A stretch of DNA of 64,000 bases from assembly GCA_043228905.1 (NCBI GenBank), contig JBHGNT010000021.1, positions 5,208,001 through 5,272,000 of the forward strand, read 5' to 3'. This DNA is from Azolla caroliniana. Taxonomy: Eukaryota; Plantae; Polypodiophyta. Position 1 is the stretch's first letter; each line of letters opens with the position of its first letter. The notes under the pieces are model-generated. The model had not been told where the DNA came from, ran no database searches, and saw nothing but the letters and a program-made list of their open reading frames with translations. Shown here in pieces: positions 36,101 through 49,427 of the stretch. The position numbers and the translations under genes were made by a program.

Positions 36101-37723
36101 GAGAACTCAATACCCTATTTTGAGCCTGACTGTCACGTTTTTTCACAGTAGGATCTTGTCGTTTATTGAACTTTTCATCTGTATCCTTACTCTTGGGCTT
36201 CTTGTGATGACTCGCATTAGCAATGGAATCCTGGTCCCTCTCACCTGAAGAGGGTTCACTCTCATCTTCACTTACAATTTGCTCCTCATCATCACTAAAC
36301 CGTAGCAGCTCCTCCCGATCAATCACTGATGGTGCGGTCGAATTGTCACTAGGGAGAGTCATGTGACTAGGAATAACAGGATCCCAAACTCCAAATTTAC
36401 CATCAGAATCAATCAGTGCCAATCCATTACCTTTGGGCTTCCAAGCCAAGCTACATATCTGTGACTCAAACTTCTGGCAATCCATATCTTGTCTATTATC
36501 AACATCCCATATTATAACCTGATTATCACCAGCTGCCGTGGCAAGATATTTCCCATTCGGAGACCAAGCCAAGAATCCAACAGTTGCAGAATGGCCCCCC
36601 TTTAAGCTGAACACTTTCTCACCGGTATCTCTATCATACATGATCACATCAACACCATCTTTCCGTCCCGGAACAGCAAAAACATCTCCTTTAGGATGCC
36701 AAGCTACCTCATTTCGGCTCGACTTGCTCAAGCCAATATTGGGGGCAGCATGATAGAGGGTGTGCACACGCTTACCCGAAGAGAGGGACCAACACATTAT
36801 GGTGCCATCAGTCCCCGAAGATGCCAAAAAATCATTGTTGGGATCAAAAGCTAAGCTAACAACAGGAGCACTATGACCTTTGAAAACTCGGATGATTGAG
36901 CTATCAATGGTACTTATGAGCTTTATGCCATCATCCTCGCCAGCGGCTGCGAGCATCGAACCTGTTGGACTGAATGCTACTGAGTGGATAGGGAGAGTGA
37001 ATCGTGTAACGTTGCTCTGGAACTCGCCTTCTGAGGAAACATAGCACCGGATTTAAGCTAAACAATACATAATAAAATACTGCACAGTTAGCTAATTCGT
37101 AACTAACATGACAATGAAAGAAACTAACTGACGCACTAAGGTGGGTAATACTAGCTAGTGAATGCAACTAATAGTCATGGCATAGTGGATAGTAGATAAT
37201 TACACCAATTAACAGGGCAGAAAATAGGAATCCACAAAGAAGCAAATCCCGACCTAGAAAATATATGGAAAGAAACGTGGCAACAATTTAAATGTAAACA
37301 GAATGAATAAACAATAACCCAAATCAATTTTACATTAGAGTGAAATAGAAAACATTGCCTAAATAAATAGAGTTCTGAACCTGGGTAAGAATAGAGTTTC
37401 ACAGAATGATCGACAGATCCAGAGGCGACACTTCTTCCTGATGGAGAGACGGCGATGGAGGTCACAGCAGAGCGGTGGTGTGAAAGGCGATGCAGAGGAT
37501 GAGATAAAGAAGAAGAAGAAGAAGAAGAAGAAGAAGAAGAAGAAGAAGAAGAATGAAAGAAGAAATGAGCATGTGAGGTAGAGGCGACGAGGTTTTGCCC
37601 TTCGATATCCCAAGCGATGCAGCACCTTCCATCGCCACGATCCGACGGAGGATCTTCCTCTGCATCTCGCATGGAGACTGCCCTGCTTCCTCCTCTCCCT
37701 CCATAGCTTCCACCTCTCGCCAT
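33159..37723 (-). CDS. CTF4: Ctf4/AND-1/WDHD1 replisome hub protein (WD40 + SepB-type domain), multi-exon
   Basis: N-terminal WD40 repeats, FQPCST..FLTYNVIG, EFHDTG, LYRPFSSW, WVGFSETG and LPALAERLS in GT-AG-bounded exons. Confidence 0.92.
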
Positions 37724-37828
37724 AGCCTCGCTCTCTGATTTCCTTCTGTGCTTCCCTTGTTCTTCTCTGATTCCCCTGTTCTTCTTCTTCCTGTTCTTCT
37801 TCTTCTTCTTCTTCTTCTTCTCTCTGTC

Positions 37829-37858
37829 TTTCGCGCTTGCACTAAAACTGGCGGGAAA
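37829..37858. promoter_or_regulatory. Two E2F consensus sites upstream of CTF4
   Basis: TTTCGCGC at 37829-37836 and GGCGGGAAA (reverse complement TTTCCCGCC) at 37850-37858. Confidence 0.65.
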
Positions 37859-38700
37859 AAATCAGTCGTGTTCACACTGGTCGGCCGGACAAACTTGGGA
37901 CGCCCCCACGTGGTAGGCTTTGATTGGCTGTGAAGCGCCATAAAAACAAATACCCCTCTAAGGGCTTTTCCTTAATTTCGAAGAATACCCCTCTCTCTCT
38001 CTCTCTCTCTCTCTGGGCAAGTGCTGCATAGAGGATCCAAGAGGCCACTAGGTCTTTTGATTTTGATCCACCGTCTTATATCCGCGTGCGCGTTTTTCAG
38101 GGCGCACTAAAATGGTTATGTATATCAATATGCATCGAGCCACGAGAGTCAAAAAAGCACGGGTTTGAGACGGCCCTCGTGCTCCCCAATTTCTAATCTA
38201 AACCAATACCCCCCAAATCAATTGTATGTGGTGCTTTGCACGTTTTCGACCTCGTATGTAGACAAGACAATACATTGCATGCAGTGTAGACAAATAGATA
38301 TGTTGATGCTGGAAGCAAGAACACCAACGGTGTCATGAAGCAAATTGCTTCACGATATAAAAACAAATTCATATATTATATCAACTAACATTAATGACAC
38401 TCAAACTTATAACCCTATACATCAAGTATTAGGTATAAATTATAATACATTCGGATAAGCTATTCTGTATAAATATATTTTCATCATTTTACTCACGTGT
38501 GATGATTATTTGCATACATGGGAACTCGGATGAGCACGATGGCTATCATGCATCACATGTAGCACATGTGCGTTTACAATTTCAAAAATATACATCAATA
38601 GTTCAATTTGTACTATACATACATTTGTATGGAAGTGTGCTGGATTTATGTATGGAACAATTCCATGTAATTGAACGATAAGTATCAAACAAATCCTTAC

Positions 38701-38860
38701 AATTGAACTATACATATCAAGCGATTCCATATAATTGAACTATACATATCGAGCAATTCCATGTAATTGAACTATACATATCGAGCGATTCCATGTAATT
38801 GAACTATACGTATCGAATGATACCATGCAAATGAACCATATATATCGAGCGATTCCATAC
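38701..38860 (+). repeat. 32-bp minisatellite, 5 copies
   Basis: Consensus AATTGAACTATACATATCGAGCGATTCCATGT. Confidence 0.92.
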
Positions 38861-40109
38861 CATTCTATCTAAACATGCAATAGTCCATGTCAACAAATAG
38901 TAATTATTAGCATCTATGATTGAAATGATGAACATTAGTGTGAAGGTAGGTATACAACAACAAAAATCATGGCTTTTCTCAATTAGCCACTAATCTAAGA
39001 GGATTAAGACAGTCATCCACATTATATCAAGATAACGAATTGAATAGTGGTTAAGAATTAACATAAAGGACAATTCATCAAATAAGAAAGGCATTAGAAA
39101 AATAGAGAGGGGGTGGGGTGCCTTTATTCAATCAACCTAGCCACAATCCTCATTTTGCAAAATGCCCTTATAAAGAGAAAAGTTCACTGTCTATTATGTA
39201 CACAAGCATCCATTGATGCGGATACAAAGTTACACAATAAAACCAACCTAGCAAAATGTTGTGCACGTGTACAAAGTACTACAAAAAATAAAACATGGCC
39301 CCTCGTTTATAGCAAACAACCCACCTTTAGAATCAATTTATTGTTTAGATGAATTGATTACAATTTTAGCCCTAGGATGAACTTCAAAATATTAGAGACC
39401 ATTGTGTTCATATCAAAGTGTCGTATTTTGTCTACGTTATCTTGTTGAAACCTAAAAACATGTCATTGAAGTGGTTAGACTAGAGAGCATTGAAATATGT
39501 TCATAAAACTCGTAGACAGTGGCCATTGGGCTACCTTATACTTGATTGTTGTTGTCGAGTTGAGGTGTTCATCTAGGGCAATAATATATGTATATATATA
39601 TATAGGTTTGCAAGAAGGGCGGTGCTACTATGTTGCATAGGCGAGTGAGTTTCTTGACGACAATAGTAATCTCTATTTATCTTTCTTATTTTGGAAATCG
39701 GAAATTGGTTGTTGGTAGCTAAATAATCAGGTAATGATTGTAATAAGTTATTAATTTTTTCTTTCACTAATCTTGCCAATGGTATTTCGCTTTGCTTTTT
39801 TGGTATATGCTCCCTTCTTTTTCTATTGTATACCTTTTCAAGGTGTCGAATCGTGTTGTCGAATCATTTCGTTGTAATGTATCGATGTCTCCATTATTGT
39901 ACATATTATGCAATGACATCCTACAACAATACACAATCAACTATTATGGGAAATAGTGTATTGAAGATCCTTGATTATGTGCCAATTTGGGAGCCTTGAC
40001 TTCAATTATCACATATCAAACAATGAGTTTTGCAATATACAGAAGCTTGCATTGAAGAATACATAAAGACTTCGCGGTAATATTAAAGTTTTCTATAAAT
40101 AAGCGTCAA

Positions 40110-40163
40110 TGTAGGTGATGATGTGCAACGGTAATGAGTTGTGTGTGCGTGTACGTAAGACAA

Positions 40164-40203
<40 letters not shown>

Positions 40204-42356
40204 GAACAAGAAGCTATATTAGAAAAAAATGAAATTACATCCAACTAATAACTAGGTTACAAAAGTTTGGTTTAAATACCAACTAACCTAGGGCAACTAC
40301 CCTTTCTACTATTTACAACACTAGCCTAGTATGTCCACTTGCTAGTGTGAAAGTCACTTCATTGGGGAAGTTGGGTTTGATTCTCAACACGCCCCTTCAA
40401 ACACAACTTCTTGTCGTTAGAGAGATTGTATTGTTGTTCGGCTCATTTCGACTTTCTGGATTTCTCGGCTCTGTGGTCGGATGATCAACCAGTGTCCATT
40501 GATCAACTGATCGTCAACTATTCGGTTGCGTGTAGAGACTTCTTCATTCGAATTGTTTAAGGGTTTTTTTCGGCGTCTGTTGTCGTACTCCCCATCAAGC
40601 TTGGTAATGTAGAGATCGTGAGACCAAGGTCAAATGAAAATTGTCAAAGTTTGTTGACTCCTAAGACCTTTGTGAAAATGTCGGCAACCTGAAGGTTCAT
40701 GCTGATGTGTAGCAAGTTGACATCTCCAACCTAAACACGCTCTCAGATGAAGTGATAGTGCACTTCTATATGCTCCGTGCGCGTGTGGAACACGGGGTTC
40801 CAAGCCAGATGAATATTGCTCATGTTGTCGCAGTACAAGAGAGATTGGATTCGTGATGGGAATGCCAAGATCCTTCAATATATGCTTCAGCCAAACGACT
40901 TCACATACGGCAACAACCGCGCCCCTGTATTCGTCTTTTGTGCTCGATAGTGTGACTGCCAGTTGCTTTTGTTGCTCCAAGAGATTGCTCCGTTGTCGAG
41001 GGAGAGGACGAATCTTGAAGTTGATCGTCTATTGACCTTATAACTGGCCCAGTTTGCATCTGCGTACCCTTTGAGTCGAATGATCATGTCCGACTTATAC
41101 ATGATGCCCTAATCCATCATCCCACAGACTTAGCACAACCGAGATGAATATCCCGAGGTTTCTGCATGAATTGACTAAGTAGACCGACCGGATAGTTGAG
41201 GTCAGGTCGTGTGTGTAGAGCATGTGGCCTTCCAAGGCATTGCTCCTTGTGAGAACATGGTTTCCTTCAACCAACAACATGGATTGAAGATTGAAGAGAG
41301 AGGGAGGATTCTCCCTTGCTAGTACAAGGTCCTCATCGCGTCGAACCGTGGTGCAAGGCCGTTGAGGCATGTTTGCACCATCTCGTCATCATCCGCATTG
41401 ACGCTTATTGAGCTGAGCAAGTCACAAAGCTCCTTGATCTTCAAGGTGTAGCTCATGATGTACATGTCCCGTTGTTGGATGTTGTTCAACTCTTGGTGGA
41501 GTTGAAGCATTTGTGTCGTCGTATTGGTGGCAAATATCTTCCTAAGGTTCTCCCATGCTTCCTTCGGCGTCTGCAATGTAGGCGCGCATGTGGTCATAAA
41601 CACATGTTGCCAAGAAATACATTACTCGAATCACCGCTTGCTCCCATGTTGAGGAGTCAGCATCCTTTGGGTCGAGTCAATTTTTTTGTGCTCCTTTGAT
41701 GTAACTCTAATAACCTTGACCGACAAGGTATTGGTGCATCTTGTACTCCCAAGATGCAAAGTTGTTTCTATCCAACTTCTCGCTAGGGAGGGCGCTCGCC
41801 ATTTGAGTATTCATTATCGATGAAGCTTTCCTTCTTCTTTTCCTTCTCTTTCGAACACAAGCTATGTAGTGGCACTACGATCACGATGAGCTTGTTCTTC
41901 TTGAATGTGGGCGTAGAGCACAACACACGCGGATGAGCTAGATCGAGCTACTAAATCGCTCTGACACCATGTGAAGAATCGTGGTATGGATTCTGTGCAG
42001 CAAAACAAGTTAAAGATGTGTGTATGTGTGTGTGTGTATATGAAGGAGAGGAGAGAGACACTAGATAGATAGAAAAAAGGAATACTCAAGAAGATTGTAT
42101 ATTACAAAGGAGGTTAACCGATACATTACAAAGTAGGAGGAGGGTGCTTTATATAGTCACCCTCTCTCTTCATTAACTACTGACACTCATCGGTCACGAG
42201 GAATGTGGAAAGTCATTAGTTATGTGTCATAGAATATGATTCTATGACACATAGTTAATGTGTAGAGAGTAGCGGTGTGACTTTTGACCTTTGAGTGTTC
42301 ATACATTCTCAAGGGTGTGTTCACACACTACACTAGGTTGAACTTGATTCTCAACA
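40110..42356 (-). mobile_element. Internally deleted Copia element: 5' LTR 41970-42356, decayed Met PBS, gag fused to RT-end/RNase H, dissimilar 3' LTR ending at 40389
   Basis: GCTCTGACACCA; gag KEAWENLRKIF; LKGYADANWAS..RRSTS and LSSTKDEYR; PPT-like GAAGGGGCG next to 40389. Left boundary approximate. Confidence 0.85.
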
Positions 42357-43007
42357 ATCCTTATCAATAAAAACCTAATTATAAGGCGACAAAATATTCC
42401 CAGTTATCGAAGCCCAAATTTGTGATATAATCACCCAAAACTTATGTCTGATTGTTCGAAAGGCCATCATTTTCCTACGTGGCTCTAATATACCATCTTC
42501 AACAATTACCAAGCCTAGCCTTGCCATTCGATTGAACCGTGAATTTAGGTTTTTCTTTCCATCCGAGTGTAATATCCTTGAAGCAGCCAACACCTCTATT
42601 GCCAAGGAATTTATATATTTTCTGCACTTAGGAGGCCTCCAATCGAAACAAACTCAAACATCGCAGCGAAGAAAGCACCAATTGTTGAACCATAATAGAT
42701 TCTGAACATTTAAATGCTCGGGTACTATTAACAACATGCCACCACGGACCTCTAATTCTCGTATTCCCATGATATTATATACCAACCTTTTCCACAAAAT
42801 AGCTAATTCTTTCTTTCTCTCTATCACAAACAAAGGAATTGGGCGGTCGGACGAAATAGTTGGGCGGTTTCACAATTTGTCCGCCCCTCATTTCAAACCG
42901 AATCCCAAGCCTTTTGGCGTTTGCGTTTGGCTTTTCGTTTCTGGCTTTTGCGTTTGCGTTTGAGTTTGCGTTTTTGCCTTTTTTTCGAATTCAAAAAAAT
43001 GGGGGAA

Positions 43008-43057
43008 GGCGGGAAAACGCAGGAATTCAAAGGAAACGGAGCGACACGATTTGGCGG
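43008..43057. promoter_or_regulatory. E2F consensus sites upstream of the CDCA7-DDT gene
   Basis: GGCGGGAAA at 43008-43016 and TTTGGCGG at 43050-43057. Confidence 0.55.
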
Positions 43058-43484
43058 CAGAAATCTGCAGAGCAGAAGAAGCAGCACCTCTCTCTGCAGG
43101 CTTTAGAGAGAAGGCGGCGAAGAACCGCCATAGCCTGTTTGTCAGGTTTTAACACAGAAGAAGAAGAAGAAGAAGAAGAAGAAGAAGAAGAAGAAGAAGA
43201 AGAAAGACAGAGCAGACGCCAGGATAACACGCAGGCAGCACAAGCAAAACTAGTAGCAGACGAAGAATACTTGTAAGCCTTGCGGAAGATTAACCTCTGT
43301 TGCGAAATTAGGAAAATAGTGCCCGGTTGCTGAAGCAGAAGCAGAAGAAGAAAAAGAAGAAGAAGAAGAAGAAGAAGAAGAAGAAGAAGAAGAAGAAGAA
43401 GAAGAAGAAGGATACGCAGGGGAATTGAACAAACAAACAAAACAAGGGAGTAGAAAATCTGTTTAGATATCAGGTTTTGCAGAT

Positions 43485-46400
43485 ATGCCGTCCAGGAAGG
43501 CAGGAAGAAGAAGCTTAGAAGAGACTTCTCTATCTGCTGCGGATGTACCCGTCAAAAGAGAGATTTCGGAAGCAGCTGATCCTACCCATGGTGTCGCCAG
43601 TGAACCCACCGTGAAGCGGCGAAAAGGTCTCGGTGTTAGAGTAATCGGAGGTCGCATCTATGACCCAGTGAATGGAAAGACATGCCATCAGGTATATAGC
43701 TCGATCAGTTGGAATGCTTGAATGGTTTCATGATTTGCATTGTTCCAGCAATGCTTGATGATTTGCCTTCTTTCAAATACTCGACGGTCTGACGACTTGC
43801 ACAGCTCGAACAGTGCTTGGCTGTGGAATATGTGATGATTTATTATGCTCAAATATATCTCTGATCCTGATCTGATGAATTGATACGCTCGACCAATGCT
43901 CCTGCTCTTAATGTTCAAGTGATATTTAATGATGATATTATCAGATGATTTAGTGATCCTCGGTCTAGTCTAGATGATGGCATGCTGGACCCCTGATGGT
44001 TATGTAATAACGTTTCATAATTCTGACGTGGATCCGTAATGCTTGATATGATTCGATGACTTGTTATTTTTGAGTAATGCAAGATGGTCTGATGTTCTGT
44101 AGCACTTGCATAACTTATTTTTACGATCGATTGATATATTTCTGTGCGAACTTGCTTGATTGATCTGATGGCACGATATATTTCTGTTATTGCTTGCTTG
44201 ATTCTTGATTGTTTTCTGATCTGTTACTGTTTTGTATATTGTGTGATCAGTGCCGACAGAAGACAACTGATCACATGGCACAGTGTAAATCTACTGTAGG
44301 GGTGAAGCCTTGTACACAGAATTTCTGTGCGAAATGTCTTCTCAACAGGTATGTATGTGTATGGAAACCGTTTTTTCTCTCCATTTGTCCTTCTTGATAT
44401 GTATTCTTGCTTGTGAAATCAGTGTTTTTTAATCAGTTTTCCTTCTCAATTAGTTTGTTTTCACGAAGACCCACTTATTTCTTCTATAAATTCTGTTTCT
44501 TGATCAATTTGTATATCTGCATCCATAACCTTTTTCTTTCTGTTTAATGTGCTCACAGAAACGTGCAGATCGCAAAGTTTTTTTGCCATTCTACATTTTT
44601 GTATTCTATTACTGTACTTGTATCATCTTCATCCTCAATCTAATTGTGGTTTGTCAAATTTCTTTCTCAACAATGCATTTGATCATGGTGTTTTGTCCAT
44701 CTGAATATGTGTGAATTCAGAACTGTTGTCAGCAAGTGTTTTGGTCTCTATACGTTTTCCATATAATTGTGTGTATGCACATCAGGTCGATGTGATCCTG
44801 TCCATTTTCCTTCTTGGTAGAATACCTGTGTGACGAACCTAGTTTGAATTTTCATATTCTACTTGCAGATATGGTGAAAAGACAGAAGAAGTAGCTGAGT
44901 TAGAGGATTGGAAATGCCCGAGATGTTGTGGTGATTGCAACTGTAGCATCTGTTTGTAAGTCAATTGTGCCTGAAAAATGAATTCGTTCGTTTTTTATTG
45001 ATCTCTATGCTTATGCTTTTCTTGTCTTTATCTACCCAGGAAGAAGCAAGGTCGATCACCTACAGGCATCTTATCGCACACTGCAAAAGCAACTGGTTTT
45101 ACTTCTGTTGCAGATCTTCTGAAGAAATGTCCGAACCTCAAATCTGTAGGTGTTTATTGAATACTGTTAAGACACTTGATTTCTATGTAATCATCAGTGC
45201 ATGATAGTTAATTCATGAACAGGATAATTCGGCTTTGTCATCGGTTGCTCTTAAATCTTGGAAGAAAGGAACTGAACAAACCGAGGTTTTAGAGAACGGT
45301 AAAGGATCTGATCTTGAAAATGGGCGAGATAACAACTCCATTGAAAACATATCAAAATGTGTAGGATCTCAAAAGAGGAAAATAAGGAGTAACACAGTGC
45401 TTGTAGATGAAGATAAAACTAAGATTGCTGGTAAAAATGGTCTCTCTGAGTTGATTTCTTCAGAGAGAAAGAGAGGTACTAAAGTCAAAGGATCTGAGAA
45501 AGGCATTGATTTAAATATTATGCCAAAGAATGAAATGGCTGATGATTTAAATGCTGAAGGGAAATTACCATCAAAAGCTAGCAAAGAGATCAATTCAGTG
45601 AATGATCTAACCTTGGAAAACAGTAAGATCTCATCTGCAAATGATGATGCCAAGGGTATAAAAAAGGATAAGACAAAGCACATTAATGATGTCAGTGGTG
45701 TGAAAGCCATTAAGACAGAATCTGGCATTCACTCCAACATTCAAACGGTTCCAGTAAAGAAAGAAGTGAAAGTTAAACACGATTTTATTGATGGTGATCT
45801 CAAGCATGAGAAGTCTAGAAAGAATCCAAGCTCAGACACAAAGGAGCCGAGGAAGAGGAAAAAGATAGATCAGTCCGAGTTTGCTCTTGCAGAGGAAGCT
45901 ATAGTTCCTCCTAATGGAACACCGTTGGTGACAGTAGGAGGCATGGATTTTCCTGCTGAAGCAGTTGGGGCAGCCCTTCAGCTTGTAGAGTTTTGTTCTG
46001 CCTTCAATTCGGTAAGCGTTACTGTAGTGGCTTGATTTGATCACGATATGGCAATTTTATCTCTAGAAGAAGAGTTCCAAAATACCCAAGTTTTTGTTTA
46101 TCTAACTCCGTAAATCTCTTGAATTTGTTTATTCTGCAAATGCCTCTGCTCAACCTGGAAAGAGGGAAGAAAGGGACGCGTTGACCACATAATTGATTAA
46201 ATAACTTATATTATTGGGAAACAGGGGGGGATATCACATAGTTTTTAGAGAGGGGTTTGACCAAGGGTGCAATATTGAAAACTAGGCATTTGTAGGTATA
46301 AAAAAAACACTCTGGGTATTTCAGAGGTCTTTCTAATATTAGCTATTACTAAGCTCTGAATGCCGTCCTTCTAGGTGCTTGAATTGAAGAAAGGAGATAT

Positions 46401-48669
46401 AGAAGCTATGCTTCGAGAGCTAACTAAAGGTCGGCTCGTTCGTAAAGGGGCTAATTCATTGCTTGTTCAGTTCCAAGCTAAACTTCTTAGTTTGATTGCA
46501 CATGGTTCTCTGGAAATGTAAGCAGTGTAATTTGATGGAAATGGCCAGCGTGTTTTGAAAATTGCATAAACTCAAAGTAATTTCCACTGATGTTGTGCAA
46601 TGTCGCAGGAGCAATGAAGTATCCCTTTCATCTAATGGTAAAAATTCATGGCTTAACATTCTCAAGCATCATCTGGCTGAGAGATCTTCTGCTTTCATGG
46701 GCTTGCCAATGAATAAAAAGGCAACATCTGATGATCTTGAAGAGGACAATGATAGTGAAGCTTCAGTTGATGATGAATCAACAAGTATCGCAACAGATGA
46801 AGATTCACATGATGTCAAACATCAGAGTGCCATATTTGTGATGTCAGAAACCCTCAAGAATAATCTTTTAGAGATACGAAGTGCTATTGAGACTGGTGCT
46901 GATGGTTATGAAAACTTAGGAATGCATCAAAAGCTACAACTATTGATCATCCTATGTGATGATAGCCTCGAGACTGAGTATGATAACTTACCTGTTTTCT
47001 ATTAGGTCTCTAGCTGCACTTTTTTGTGATAATTTCTTAGAATTTCTTTATAGGTGTATGCGAGATTTCATCGAATCTGTTCATCGCAATTATTGTGAAA
47101 CCCAAAAAGAAAACCGTGAGGAGGTGATTGCTGCAAAGAAAGAAGTATGTGCAAATCTAATTTTTTTCTTGATTTGAATCAATTATTTCCTTTTACACTT
47201 AATTTATTTATTCAACAATGTGTAGGAGAGAAATGCAAAGCAAAAAATAAAGGATGCTGAGGTTGTGAAGTATCTTGCTTCAGCAAATATTACTGGTCCA
47301 TTGGCTCCAAAACAGAAAGAAGCATTATTGTCCACGGTGCAGGCTGAAACAGAAAAGGCTGTTGCTGCTGCCTCATTGCTTAAGGAAGCTGTATCTCGGT
47401 TGAGTAAGTAGTATTCTATGGATATGAAATTGTCTCATGATTTGTATTGTCTGTCTTGAATGATGTTTATGGTCTCTATGAATTAGGAAATATGACCTGT
47501 TGATTTAGGGCCTTAACACTACAATCTCTTTTGAATGAATTTTATTCTGTATATGGTGTATATAGTAAATAAATACGATGCCATTTCATTTTGGCTCCAA
47601 TAAGATTTTAGTATCTATTGTAGTTGATTGATGTTATGATATTTTGATGTAGCCCATGCGATTAACATTATCATCTCCCTAAATGAGTATTATAGTCTTC
47701 AAGATTTAGTAAATGAATAATACTCATGTGTCAACTTGGACCATAGAGCTCACATTCTGATCTCAGTTGAATGAATATTATGGTCTCATTGCTGTAGTAA
47801 ATTAATCGTGAGACCTCTTGACTTAGGCCATAGTATTAACAGATCTGTTTTGTTTGCAGAAAAAGGTCGAAATAATGCTGTGAGAACTGATACCATTGCT
47901 TGGGCACCTGATGGTCGTGCCTTTTATAAGCTCAATGGAGTGAATAACCTCAAATCTGTTGTTTTGCAAGGTTTGGTGGTTTGTTAGATTGTTTTATTTG
48001 AGTTTTCTCAATAAAAGATGGTTGTAAACAGTAGTTTTATTCTGTGACAGACATAAGAGGCTTTGATATAGCTGAACAAGACCGTTGGTTTATCTATTCT
48101 GAAGAGGAAGAGACTATGCTTTCTAAGCATCTTGAACAAAGGTAGCCTCAGTAATAAGACCATTTTATTCTTGCTACTGTTCTCCTTTTTTTATTGAGAT
48201 ATTGAGGGATGTAAGGTGTTTAGGAATATAGTTTTGATGAAATTACTAAGAAAATAGCAAAACAAGAAGTGATGAATCAGCGATACAAGTGTTCCAATAG
48301 CACATATACATTTCTTAAGTGTGGGCTGACCCAATAGTATCTGGTGGAATAATCTAAATTTTATGGCATTTGGAAATCCTGACTTTGTACAAATCTTTGC
48401 TTATTTGTTCTTTATTGATTCTCCTTAGAGTGTCACCATATCAGTACCATGCTCATTCTTCTTTTGTGTCATGGTTGTTTATTTGCTCTCTAAAGTTAAG
48501 GTTTGTGACTAATTAGCTTAAGCTTAATTTGTGAACATGCAGAGTCCGACTATCGAGAATGAGAATCCTTGCTGAACGTGCTCTCGAAGATTCTCCAACA
48601 AGAAGAGAAGAGGAGAAAGAGAACCAAGTACCAGAAAGAGAAATGCTTGATAGTAAAAACATTTCTTAG
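43485..48669 (+). CDS. CDCA7: zf-4CXXC_R1 (CDCA7-like) + DDT/WHIM-type chromatin protein, about 12 exons
   Basis: GGRIYDPVNGKTCHQ|CRQKT..C..FCAKCLLNR|YGE..WKCPRCCGDCNCSIC; DDT-like VGAALQLVEFCSAF; WHIM-like KLQLLIILCDDSLET; terminal exon stop at 48669. Confidence 0.9.
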
Positions 48670-49427
48670 TGTCAAATAATGTGCATATTGTTTTAGCTTT
48701 TCCCTATTTGTATTAGATTTCTATTGACCCAATTGAAATTGGATCATGTCTTTTAGATGGTTATTTTTTTCCTGAGAACAGAGCTGCTTATTTTGAGGTG
48801 TACTAAATTTGGGAATTCTTGCCACAACCGGACCCCCATCACTTTTAAATGGGGTTAAGAAGACAGCTAGTTGGCAATCATACAAGGTCTCTTGGTTTTA
48901 TTATAAGAGATCTGTAATTATTGAGATTGCATCTATATGCCTTCCCATTCTAACCAAAGGAAAATATTGTTTTAAGAATATACACCTCTCAGAGTCTGGA
49001 AAATGCTGTAATATCTCATTGTGCCTGATATTATTAAACAAGATATAGGATGTTTGCTTACAAAATCACAATATATGTAGTCACCATGTGATTAGGGTTT
49101 GGGTTTAGCGATGTGTAATAGGAATGTGTGTAGATTGGATTATACCAGTAACATCACTCCTCATTTGTGTTAGGAAATCAAGCATATTGATTATGTCGAT
49201 TTGTTGTTTTGATTTCATGATGTTTAGAAGCATTGAATGGGTGATATCAACTGCTCTCATGGTTATGATTACCACAATTGTTGTCATCATCAGTCATTGT
49301 TGTAGTCAAAATATTCCATGACATTGTCATGGCAAAGGTTGTGTAAAGAATGTGGAAGGATGATATAGCTTGAGATTGAGAGCCATGGGGATTCAGAAGT
49401 TCAGAATGGAGCAAAGGTCACCCACCA

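Noticed and set aside
38701-38860. 32-bp repeats as a CRISPR array
   Set aside because: The units are contiguous with no spacers; this is a plain minisatellite.
42860-43440. Poly-Glu/Leu/Ser ORFs and a possible uORF upstream of CDCA7
   Set aside because: They derive from (AAG)n tracts in the promoter/5' UTR, with no evidence of coding or of the transcription start.
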